From the NCBI GenBank assembly GCA_020723285.1, contig DYJE01000019.1, positions 15,074 to 79,073 of the forward strand: a stretch of 64,000 bases of DNA. The letters are read 5' to 3'. Of this stretch, positions 48,075 through 56,056 are shown piece after piece. The DNA comes from Desulforapulum autotrophicum. Lineage in GTDB: Bacteria; Desulfobacterota; Desulfobacteria; Desulfobacterales; Desulfolunaceae. A program made the translations under genes and the position numbers. A model generated the notes under the pieces. That model saw only the letters and a list, made by a program, of their open reading frames with translations. It searched no databases and had not been told where the DNA came from. Every line of letters starts with the position of its first letter. The first letter of the stretch is position 1.

Positions 48075-48249
48075 TTTTCACACAAAGCGTGATTCGGGAT
48101 AGGAGTTTTCACGATTCCGGTGGTAAATTTCACACAAAGCGTGATTCGAAAATTAAGCTTTTACGATCACAGATTTTTTTGATAATCGGATTTGCACGAT
48201 CCGGGAAAGAGCAGTTTGCACGGCTACAACGAAAAGTTTTCACGATTCC
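48075..48249 (+). repeat. Array of seven same-orientation TTT(T/G)CAC(G/A)-type repeats at the right edge of the insert
   Basis: Copies start at 48075, 48106, 48128, 48159, 48191, 48215 and 48237, spaced 22-32 bp apart. 48075-48127 and 48128-48180 form an imperfect 53-bp tandem. The last copy supplies the new fdhA stop codon. Confidence 0.7.
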
Positions 48250-50864
48250 CAGCAGTTACCTTCCCTGAAATGAAACGCCATCCACACCATGCCGGCCGGA
48301 ACTTCGTCGGTGATCCGGGCTTTGACCGAAACAGCGCCGCGCCGTGAGGAAACCCTGATGACCTCCCCGTCGGCGATGCCCATGCGACGGGCATCATCGG
48401 CCGAGATGTCGGCGGTCTCCTCACCGAGAAGCTCGTTCAGCCCTTGGGTTCTGCCGGTCTGGGTCCGGGTGTGGTAATGGTACAGGCGTCGGCCTGTGGA
48501 GAGAACCAAGGGGTATTCCGTGTCCGGCACTTCCGCAGGCGGGGTCCACACTGCCGGGGTGATGTTGCCTTTGCCGCAGGTGAAATTCCCGTTCAGGTGG
48601 AGAATGGCCGTACCGGGGTGTTCTTTGGTCGGACAGGGCCACTGGAGGCCGTCTCCCTCGATCCGCCCAAACGTGATTCCGGCGAAAATCGGGCAGAGCG
48701 CGGCGATCTCCCTGTCCCAGATGTCCTTGGAACTGGCGGAGGTCCAGGTGTGGCCCATGCGTCTTGCAATCTCCCGGAATATCCACCAGTTGGGCCGAGC
48801 CTGGCCCGGCGCGGGACAGGCTGCCCTAACGCGGCTCACCCTGCGCTCGCAGTTGGTGAACGTGCCGTCATCCTCGCTCCAGGCCGCAGACGGAAACACC
48901 ACATGGGCGAACCGTGTGGTTTCCGTTTCGAAGATATCCTGGCAAACCAGGAATTCCGCGCTGGAGAGTTCATGTTCCACCTTGGCGATATGGGGTTCCG
49001 CGCTGGCCAGGTTTTCGCCGAAAATGTACAGCGCCCGGATCTTCTTCGTCACCAGCCCTTCGAGCATCTGGGGGATCATCAGGCCGTTTTTATCCGGAAG
49101 GTCCTGAACGTTCCATGCGTCTTCGAATTTTTTCCGGGCTGCTGCGTCGGTCACGCTCTGGTATCCGGGAAACACGTTGGGCAGCGCCCCCATGTCACAG
49201 GCTCCCTGCACGTTGTTCTGCCCGCGTAAGGGATTCACCCCGCCGCATTCCACGCCCAGGTTCCCCAGAAGCATCTGGAGATTGGCCACCGACGCCACGT
49301 TGTCGCGGCCGCAGGTGTGTTCGGTGAGGCCCAGGGTGTACATCAGCATCATGGGTTTCACCGATGCGGCCATACGGGCTGTCCTGACAATCAGATCGCT
49401 GGGAATGCCACAGATTTCAGCCGCTTTTTCCGGCGTGTAATCCATGACGGTTTCCCTGAGTTTTTCAAAGTTCACCGTGTGGTTTTCGATGAATGCCTTG
49501 TCGTACAGGTTTTCCGTGATGAGGACGCGCATCACGCCGTTCAGAAACGCGATGTCCGTGCCCACTTTGATCTGGACGAACAGGTCGGCAAACCGGGCCA
49601 GGGTGTGTTTTCTCGGATCGACCACAATCAGTTTCGCACCCTGACGCACAGCGTTCTTGACAAACGTCGACGCCACGGGATGGGCCTCGGTCATGTTGGC
49701 TCCGATGACAAAGAACATCTTGGCGTTTTTCACTTCCTTCAGGCTGTTGGTCATGGCCCCGGATCCGAAGGTGGTGGCGAGCCCGGCCACGGTGGGCGCG
49801 TGGCAGACCCTGGCGCAGTGGTCGATGTTGTTGGTCTTGAACACGGCCCTGAACAGCTTCTGCATCTGGTAGGAATCTTCGTTGATGCTCCGGGCGCAGC
49901 TGACCCCGGCCACGGCATCCGGCCCATGCTCGGCAATGATCCGTGAGAAGGTGGACGCCACAAGATCAAGGGCCTCGTCCCAGGACGCGGGTTCAAGCAC
50001 GCCGTTTGTCCGGATCAGCGGGGTTTTCAGGCGGTCTGGGGAACTGATGAAATCATAGCCGAAACGCCCTTTGACACACAGGCGGCCCTGGTTGGGTTCG
50101 GCATTTTCCACGGCTGAAATATGAACGATTTTTCCATTCTTCACATGAAGCATCTGCTGGCAGCCCACCCCGCAGTACGGGCAGGTGGTTCTGACGCTTT
50201 GGGTCTCGCACAGCCGGGGCTTCTGAAAAGCGTCTTTCGGGACCAGAGCGCCGACGGGACAGGCCTGGATGCACTGGCCGCAGAACACACAGTCCGAATC
50301 CTTGAGGGCCATGTCGCCCTTGGCGATGATTTTCGTTTTCGCCCCACGGTATCCGAAGTCGATGGCGTCGTTCACCTGGATTCCCCGGCAGGCCTGGACA
50401 CACCGGCCGCAGAGAATGCATTTGGCGAAATTGCGAACGATCAGGGGGTTTACCGCTTCCATGGGGTAGGACGTGCGGGTGTCCGGGTATCTTCCGCCCT
50501 TGACCTGATAGCGGTAAGCCAGCTCCTGAAGCCGGCAGCCTCCGGACGCCGGGCAGACGAGACAGTCGTCGTGTCTGCCTGATGAAAGCATCAGTTCGAC
50601 GATGGTCTTTCGGGACTGGATGACCACCGGGGAGTCGGTACGGACCACCATACCTTTGGCCGCCGGAACAGTGCAGGCCGTCATCAGACTTCGCGCGCCC
50701 TCGACCTCCACCACGCAGATCCGGCAGGCCCCCGTGGGTGTGGTGTCTTTCAGGTGGCAAACCGTAGGGATGTCTATACCCGCGTTGCGGGCGGCTTCAA
50801 GTATGGTCTGACCCGGACTGAACACCACGTCCCGGCCGTTGATCACCAACAGGTTTTCGCTCAT
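48240..50864 (-). CDS. fdhA: Formate dehydrogenase alpha subunit (NuoG-like Fe-S N-terminus plus molybdopterin domains), Cys-type, 3'-truncated by insertion
   Basis: 2Fe-2S and 4Fe-4S motifs at the N-terminus. The active-site region HCARVCHAPTVAGL has Cys where Sec-type enzymes have U. The protein ends ...MAFHFREGN-CWES-stop and lacks the conserved NxLT...PEFK.CAV..EK tail, which is found at 32004-32102. Confidence 0.85.
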   Translation of the reverse strand: MSENLLVINGRDVVFSPGQTILEAARNAGIDIPTVCHLKDTTPTGACRICVVEVEGARSLMTACTVPAAKGMVVRTDSPVVIQSRKTIVELMLSSGRHDDCLVCPASGGCRLQELAYRYQVKGGRYPDTRTSYPMEAVNPLIVRNFAKCILCGRCVQACRGIQVNDAIDFGYRGAKTKIIAKGDMALKDSDCVFCGQCIQACPVGALVPKDAFQKPRLCETQSVRTTCPYCGVGCQQMLHVKNGKIVHISAVENAEPNQGRLCVKGRFGYDFISSPDRLKTPLIRTNGVLEPASWDEALDLVASTFSRIIAEHGPDAVAGVSCARSINEDSYQMQKLFRAVFKTNNIDHCARVCHAPTVAGLATTFGSGAMTNSLKEVKNAKMFFVIGANMTEAHPVASTFVKNAVRQGAKLIVVDPRKHTLARFADLFVQIKVGTDIAFLNGVMRVLITENLYDKAFIENHTVNFEKLRETVMDYTPEKAAEICGIPSDLIVRTARMAASVKPMMLMYTLGLTEHTCGRDNVASVANLQMLLGNLGVECGGVNPLRGQNNVQGACDMGALPNVFPGYQSVTDAAARKKFEDAWNVQDLPDKNGLMIPQMLEGLVTKKIRALYIFGENLASAEPHIAKVEHELSSAEFLVCQDIFETETTRFAHVVFPSAAWSEDDGTFTNCERRVSRVRAACPAPGQARPNWWIFREIARRMGHTWTSASSKDIWDREIAALCPIFAGITFGRIEGDGLQWPCPTKEHPGTAILHLNGNFTCGKGNITPAVWTPPAEVPDTEYPLVLSTGRRLYHYHTRTQTGRTQGLNELLGEETADISADDARRMGIADGEVIRVSSRRGAVSVKARITDEVPAGMVWMAFHFREGNCWES

Positions 50865-50897
50865 GGATCGGTTCTCCTGCTCAACGAATATTGGGGT

Positions 50898-52832
50898 TTA
50901 TGTGTGACAAACCTCCGCAAGAATCCGTAAATCCCCGTTCCGTACCGTGAATCCCACAGAATCCAGGTATTCGAAAACAGGGACGGACGTGCTGCGGCTG
51001 TTTCCCGTAATCTCTTGACAATCGGCCAGGCAGACACTCCCGTGATTCAGGATGTGGCCTTTAACCCGTGTTTTGATGCGTTCCATCGTCCTTACGCTGA
51101 TGAACCGGTTGTTGTTCAGCTTGACCAGCAGATTCAGGCTGTGGAGAAAATAGCTCATCCGCCTGACCTTGTCTTCGTTCCAGGGTCCCTCGGTCTCCCG
51201 GCAGAACCGGCTGACACTGAACGGAACGGAACCCGACTGTTCCGCATAACCCAGAAGCCGCGCCTTCAGGCGTTCTTCGTCATCGGTGAGGGTGATGGAA
51301 AACCCCGGAACAGTATACCCGCCCTGGCTGCGGATCAGGCGGCCTTTTCCGCAGAGCGCCCGGACCGCCTCCTGAATCAGGTCCATGGAAACGGGGCGGT
51401 CCAGCGCGTCGCGGATCTCGTTTGAATTCACCTGACTTTTCAGGGATCCCTGCTCCACTGTCCGCCGTGCGGCGTGATACACCCGCTCCACGAGCTCCGG
51501 GACATAATCGGACAGGTACACGCCACCATCGCCGGTTTTCATGACCGTTCTGTCCGCCTGTTTTCTGTTGAACGCTTCGCGGATCCGTTCAAGGGAAAAA
51601 CCGGACCGCGCCGCAAGGTCCTGTGCGAAAACCGGTGCGTTCACCGACTGAACAAGAACGGCGTCGACAAAACCTTCGGCATCATCGGACTGAAGTGCAT
51701 CGAGAACGGGGAGTATCCGCCCGGCGCGGTTTTCCGTGTATTTTTCCACCGGAATTTCAAGAATGACACCGCCTCCGATGATCCGGTTCCGGTTCATCAG
51801 GGCCACGACAAAGCGGTCTCGGGGATCAATGCTCACAGGCTCGGAAAACCGGAACTGAACAAACGCGCGGTTTCCGGGGTGTATCCCCTGCTGTTTCATC
51901 ACCACAGCCACAGCGTTCACACACAGGGTTCCGATGTACAGTTTGACCCGCATCCGGTTGTTCAGCGGGGTTCCGGCCGAAGCAAGAACACGCACATCGG
52001 CGTTGGCCAGCGAGGATACGACCCCGGTGCCGGGTTGCCTGAGACTCATGCCCCGGCATACATCCGTGAGGGTGGTTTTGTTGAGATTGATCCCTATGCG
52101 CTGCCCCGCTGCGGCATGATCCACCCGGACGCCATGGGATTCAAGAAACCGCGCCCGTGTTTTCAGGCCCGAAGGCATGATCTCCACCTGCTCGTCCCGG
52201 TTCAGCGTTCCTGACAGCACCGTTCCGCTGACCACCGTTCCAAATCCACTGATTCCGGTGATCCGGTCGATCCACAGACGGAACGGCCGGAGATGGCTCC
52301 GGCATGCCATGCGGCAGGCCTCTTTCATGATGCTGTCCCGGATCTGAGCGGACCCTGAAAGGTCCATGGCGGAAAAGGCCACGACCTCCTTTCCCTCAAG
52401 AAAACTACCATGGATCAGCTCACGGATTTCCAGTTCAGCCAGCTCCAGCGTTTCATCGTCCACAAGATCGGATTTGGTCAGGACCACCAGTCCGCCTTTG
52501 GCGCTGAAAAATTTCAGTATTTCAAGATGTTCCACGGTCTGAGGCATCACCCCGTCGTCCGCGGCCACGATCAGCAGGGCCAGATCCACGCCGCTCAGTC
52601 CGCGCACCGTATTCCGAAGAAAATCCGTATGGCCGGGGACATCCACCAGGGCCAGACTGATCCCGTTTTCGGAAAGCCAGGATGCGATGCCCGACTCCAT
52701 GGACATGCCGCGCCGCTGTTCTTCTTTCATCCGGTCTGTGTCAACGCCGGTAAGGCACCGGACCAGGGTGGTTTTCCCATGATCCACATGCCCGGCGACA
52801 CCGATGGTGATATATTGCGTCATATCGTTCAA
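50898..52832 (-). CDS. selB: Selenocysteine-specific translation elongation factor SelB
   Basis: GTPase motifs AGHVDHGKTTL and DVPGH, the TKSD box, and a long C-terminal winged-helix extension. It is adjacent to tRNA-Sec. Confidence 0.9.
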   Translation of the reverse strand: MNDMTQYITIGVAGHVDHGKTTLVRCLTGVDTDRMKEEQRRGMSMESGIASWLSENGISLALVDVPGHTDFLRNTVRGLSGVDLALLIVAADDGVMPQTVEHLEILKFFSAKGGLVVLTKSDLVDDETLELAELEIRELIHGSFLEGKEVVAFSAMDLSGSAQIRDSIMKEACRMACRSHLRPFRLWIDRITGISGFGTVVSGTVLSGTLNRDEQVEIMPSGLKTRARFLESHGVRVDHAAAGQRIGINLNKTTLTDVCRGMSLRQPGTGVVSSLANADVRVLASAGTPLNNRMRVKLYIGTLCVNAVAVVMKQQGIHPGNRAFVQFRFSEPVSIDPRDRFVVALMNRNRIIGGGVILEIPVEKYTENRAGRILPVLDALQSDDAEGFVDAVLVQSVNAPVFAQDLAARSGFSLERIREAFNRKQADRTVMKTGDGGVYLSDYVPELVERVYHAARRTVEQGSLKSQVNSNEIRDALDRPVSMDLIQEAVRALCGKGRLIRSQGGYTVPGFSITLTDDEERLKARLLGYAEQSGSVPFSVSRFCRETEGPWNEDKVRRMSYFLHSLNLLVKLNNNRFISVRTMERIKTRVKGHILNHGSVCLADCQEITGNSRSTSVPVFEYLDSVGFTVRNGDLRILAEVCHT

Positions 52833-52857
52833 TAACCATCCGTTATAGTGGCATCAA

Positions 52858-52949
52858 TGGAAGGGGCAAGGGGAATCGAACCTCCTCTTTGCGTTTCAGG
52901 CAAAGCCGACGGTTTTGAAGACCGCGGGGCGCCCAGCACCATTGCCCCT
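52858..52949 (-). tRNA. selC: tRNA-Sec (anticodon UCA)
   Basis: 92 nt with anticodon loop CUUCAAA, a long variable arm (CGGCUUUGCCUGAAACGCAAAGAGG), T-loop GGTTCGATTCC, an 8-bp acceptor stem AGGGGCAA/TTGCCCCT and an encoded CCA. Folded by eye only. Confidence 0.8.
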
Positions 52950-53301
52950 GAGAAAAATATGATTTTACTTTTGAGTGATCAGGGCGTGAGACATGAAAAA
53001 ACAGCCTGATCCCTCCGGGCAGATTCCTTCTCCGTCAAGCCTGACGGATGACAGGAATTTGCTCAGTGTCTTCGTGAGAAGATCGTCATGCTGCTTTCCT
53101 TTTGTGAGGGTTGATGGGTTGATATTGCAACGTTGATGTAAAATCACCTATTAAAATAACTTGGCATTGTCAATAGAATTTATCTATCGCACAATCATCC
53201 ACACCGTCATCCATAAAGGGATACCGCTTGACCGGCTGTTGCCCGATGACGTACCATTTGCAATGACGTGACCATCGAAAACAATGCACATAAGGATCGG
53301 A

Positions 53302-54525
53302 ATGAACATACTGTACCTTCTGAGCCAGCTCCCGGAACGCACGGGAAGCGGGATTTACACACGGGAAATTATCGCAAGGGCCGCCAAGGCGGGTCACCGC
53401 TGCGCTCTGGTGGCGGCGTGTTCGGCGAAAAACCCGCCGGACATCCAGGGCATCCGGGCGCACCCTGTGCGGCTGGTGAATTTTGATGCGGCCCCCCTTT
53501 CGTATCCCATCCCCGGCATGAGCGATGAGATGCCTTATCCCAGCAGCCGGTTCATGGACCTTGACCCGCAGCAGCTTGCAGCTTATGAAAAAGCCTTCGA
53601 AACGGCGGTGACGGATACGGTATCCGCCGTGAAACCCGATATCATCCACAGCAACCATCTGTGGATCATGAGCGCCCTGATCCGGAAACATTTTCCGAAG
53701 ATCCCCATGGCCGTGAGCTGCCACGGCACGGACCTCCGGCAGTTCAAAAACTGCCCCCATTTACGGAAAAACCTCCTCGAACACCTGCCGCATGTGGACA
53801 GGGTTTTCGCCCTGAGCCAGAGCCAGAAGGCAGAAATACAGGCGATCTACGGCGTGGATGCCGAAAAGATCCACACCGTTTCCAACGGCTTTGATCCGGA
53901 GCATTTTCATCCCGGCGTTGAACGGTCTCAAAAGCCCCCTGTAAACATCCTTTATGCCGGAAAACTGTCCCGGTCCAAGGGCGTTCACCTCCTTCTCGAA
54001 ACCCTGTCCGATGAACGCCTGAAGCGCCTGCCCATCCATCTTTACCTGGCCGGGTCCGGCGTGGGCAAAGATGCCGAAATCTGCCGGGATCTTGCCAGAC
54101 ATCACGACGGCAGGGTCACATTCTGCGGCAGCCTGACACCGGGAGATCTGGGAACCATGATGAGAAAAGCCCATGTGTTCGTGCTGCCGTCCTATTTCGA
54201 AGGGGTCCCCCTGGTGCTCATCGAAGCCCTGGCCTCGGGCTGCCGTATCGTGGCCTCGGACCTTCCGGGAATCCGGGAACTGGTCGCAGGCCTCACCGGC
54301 CACTTTGGGCGGCTTTTCCATCTGCCCGACCTTGAAACCGTGGATGCCCCTTACCCCGAAGATCTCCCCCGGATTCGCGCGAACCTGGCCGAAGCCCTTG
54401 AAGGCGAGATTGTGAATGTTCTTGAAAACAGACAGGTTACACCTATTTCCTATGGGTCTCTCTCGGAACATTTCAGCTGGGACTCCGTTTTCCGCAACGT
54501 GGAAGCGGTTTATTCCGAATTATAA
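53302..54525 (+). CDS. Glycosyltransferase family 4 (GT-B, group 1)
   Basis: N-terminal MNILYLLSQLPERTGSGIY and the C-terminal EGVPLVLIEALASG motif. RBS AAGGA precedes the ATG at 53302. The track ORF starts at 53284. Confidence 0.8.
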   Translation: MNILYLLSQLPERTGSGIYTREIIARAAKAGHRCALVAACSAKNPPDIQGIRAHPVRLVNFDAAPLSYPIPGMSDEMPYPSSRFMDLDPQQLAAYEKAFETAVTDTVSAVKPDIIHSNHLWIMSALIRKHFPKIPMAVSCHGTDLRQFKNCPHLRKNLLEHLPHVDRVFALSQSQKAEIQAIYGVDAEKIHTVSNGFDPEHFHPGVERSQKPPVNILYAGKLSRSKGVHLLLETLSDERLKRLPIHLYLAGSGVGKDAEICRDLARHHDGRVTFCGSLTPGDLGTMMRKAHVFVLPSYFEGVPLVLIEALASGCRIVASDLPGIRELVAGLTGHFGRLFHLPDLETVDAPYPEDLPRIRANLAEALEGEIVNVLENRQVTPISYGSLSEHFSWDSVFRNVEAVYSEL

Positions 54526-54593
54526 GCCGGATGATGCCAAAACCCTGCAAACAGCCATCGTGAAAAAGAACTGGAATACATCGTCCCGTTTTT

Positions 54594-54766
54594 GTCATTC
54601 CGGGCGGCGGGTGTTGGTGAGACGATGTTTGCGTCGTGAATGGCTCAATCGTACTTTTCAGGTCGAGAAGCAAGCCGACCCGGAATCCATGGTGTTATGA
54701 AGACAGAGGTTGCACAAAAAACAGACATGGATTCCGGGTCGGGAAAAAGCCCCCGCCCGGAATGAC
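54594..54766. repeat. Nested inverted repeats built on an ATTCCGGG(C/T)(C)GG motif
   Basis: Outer arms GTCATTCCGGGCGG (54594-54607) / CCGCCCGGAATGAC (54753-54766). Inner arms CCGACCCGGAATCCATG (54675-54691) / CATGGATTCCGGGTCGG (54726-54742). Confidence 0.7.
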
Positions 54767-54904
54767 AAGCTGACGGGTGAAACAGGGAAAGGAGGGGGAA
54801 GAAGGGCGAGTAAACGCGCCATGGATTTTTTCGATGAACCCCATTCCATCTATCTGAACAAACAATTTGACCGCCCTTACGACCACGATTAAATTCAAGG
54901 CCTT

Positions 54905-55744
54905 ATGATGAACGATTCAGGGGCGGTTTTAGGTATGAAAACAGACGTGATCCATGAAAAAGGGTCGGGCCGGATCAACGAAGACGCGGTTTCACTGAAC
55001 GGAACCCTTTTCGGCGTTTTCGACGGTGCCACGAGCCTGACCCGGGCTGTCTACGAGGACGGCAAAACGGGAGGGTACCTGGCCTCAAGACTCGCCCGTG
55101 ACACTTTCCTGAAAAACGACGCCCCCCTTGCCGGTCTCGCCCGGATGGCGAACAATGCGATTTTCGACAAGATGCTGGAGCACGGGGTCAACGTGACGGA
55201 CAAGGCCTCGTTGTGGAGCACCAGCTGCGCCGTGGTCCGGATCGGTGAAGACCATATCGAATGGGTCCAGACCGGCGACTCTCTCCTGCTTCTGATCTAT
55301 GACGACGGAACCTACCACATCCCCGTCACCGATTACGACCATGACCGGGAAACCCTATCCATGTGGAAAAACCTGGCGCAATCGGCCGGAGAGAAAAAAA
55401 TCTACGAAATTCTGAAAGACAAGATCCTTGAAACCAGGGTCGGAATGAATGTAAACTACGGTGTTTTAAACGGCGAAGACGCATTCGAGCGGTTTCTGAA
55501 CACCGGGAAAACCGAAAAAAGAGGGATCAAACACATCCTTCTTTTCACCGACGGCCTTTTTCTGCCCTCCGACGATCCCGAAAGGGAGCCGGATTTCGAC
55601 ACCTTTGTGGACCTTTTCCTTGAAGGCGGCCTTAAATCCTTGAGGGACCATGTCCGGGGCATGGAACTGAGCGATCCGGACTGCAAAACCTTCCCCCGCT
55701 TCAAACCCCACGATGATATCGCCGCCGTGGCCATTTCATTTTAG
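54905..55744 (+). CDS. PP2C-family (PPM) protein phosphatase-like protein
   Basis: INEDAV...GVFDGATS metal-binding motif, a later LFTDGL motif and DDIAAV at the C-terminus. Confidence 0.65.
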   Translation: MMNDSGAVLGMKTDVIHEKGSGRINEDAVSLNGTLFGVFDGATSLTRAVYEDGKTGGYLASRLARDTFLKNDAPLAGLARMANNAIFDKMLEHGVNVTDKASLWSTSCAVVRIGEDHIEWVQTGDSLLLLIYDDGTYHIPVTDYDHDRETLSMWKNLAQSAGEKKIYEILKDKILETRVGMNVNYGVLNGEDAFERFLNTGKTEKRGIKHILLFTDGLFLPSDDPEREPDFDTFVDLFLEGGLKSLRDHVRGMELSDPDCKTFPRFKPHDDIAAVAISF

Positions 55745-55836
55745 AATGATCAGTACGATTTTATCGTCATCCAATCAGAGGTTTTGGACAGCTTCGCACC
55801 TGTTTTCAATTTTCTTGATTGTGTCAGAACGTTCCC

Positions 55837-56009
55837 GTAGGTCGGCTTGAGGCACGAAAGCCGACACATGGCCCCATCCTTGTGATGGGGAGCTCTCACA
55901 TATGAGCCAGGCAGACCAACCGCCATCTCATGGTGAGCATCTCCGTAAAACGGCAGTTCGAATATTCTGATGATCGGGTCATTTGTCGGGTTTGAAGAAC
56001 CCGACCTAC
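55837..56009. mobile_element. MITE-like element (GTAGGTCGG family), copy 2, bracketed by an 18-bp direct repeat
   Basis: Termini GTAGGTCGGCTTGAGGCACGAAAGCCGACACATGGCCCC and GGGTCATTTGTCGGGTTTGAAGAACCCGACCTAC. The direct repeat CTTGATTGTGTCAGAACG lies at 55814-55831 and 56013-56030. Confidence 0.7.
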
Positions 56010-56056
56010 TGACTTGATTGTGTCAGAACGATATTTAACAACCTTCACAGAGGCCT

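Noticed and set aside
48240-48242. The TGA that ends the truncated fdhA, considered as a Sec read-through.
   Set aside because: Translation beyond it (KLFVVAVQTALSRIVQIRLSKK...) has no resemblance to formate dehydrogenase and runs through the repeat array. The genuine tail is found at 32004-32102.
48075-48249. The short repeat array as a CRISPR array.
   Set aside because: The repeats are only about 12-22 bp, degenerate and irregularly spaced at 22-32 bp, with no spacer-like unique units of CRISPR size and no cas genes.
32104-48254. The insert as a Tn7-like or other transposon with subterminal transposase sites.
   Set aside because: The repeat array exists only at the right end. No inverted copies, terminal inverted repeats or transposase/integrase genes are visible in the insert. 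The mechanism is left open rather than called.
49800-49850. An expected Sec codon at the FdhA active site, because selB and selC are adjacent.
   Set aside because: The ORF is uninterrupted, and the motif reads HCARVCHAP, with Cys at the position that is Sec in Sec-type enzymes.
53170-53760. A 196-aa minus-strand ORF overlapping the 5' part of the glycosyltransferase gene, plus the small ORF at 52965-53147.
   Set aside because: No motifs or RBS are present. The first is antisense to a well-supported GT4 gene, and the second lies in the leader region next to tRNA-Sec.
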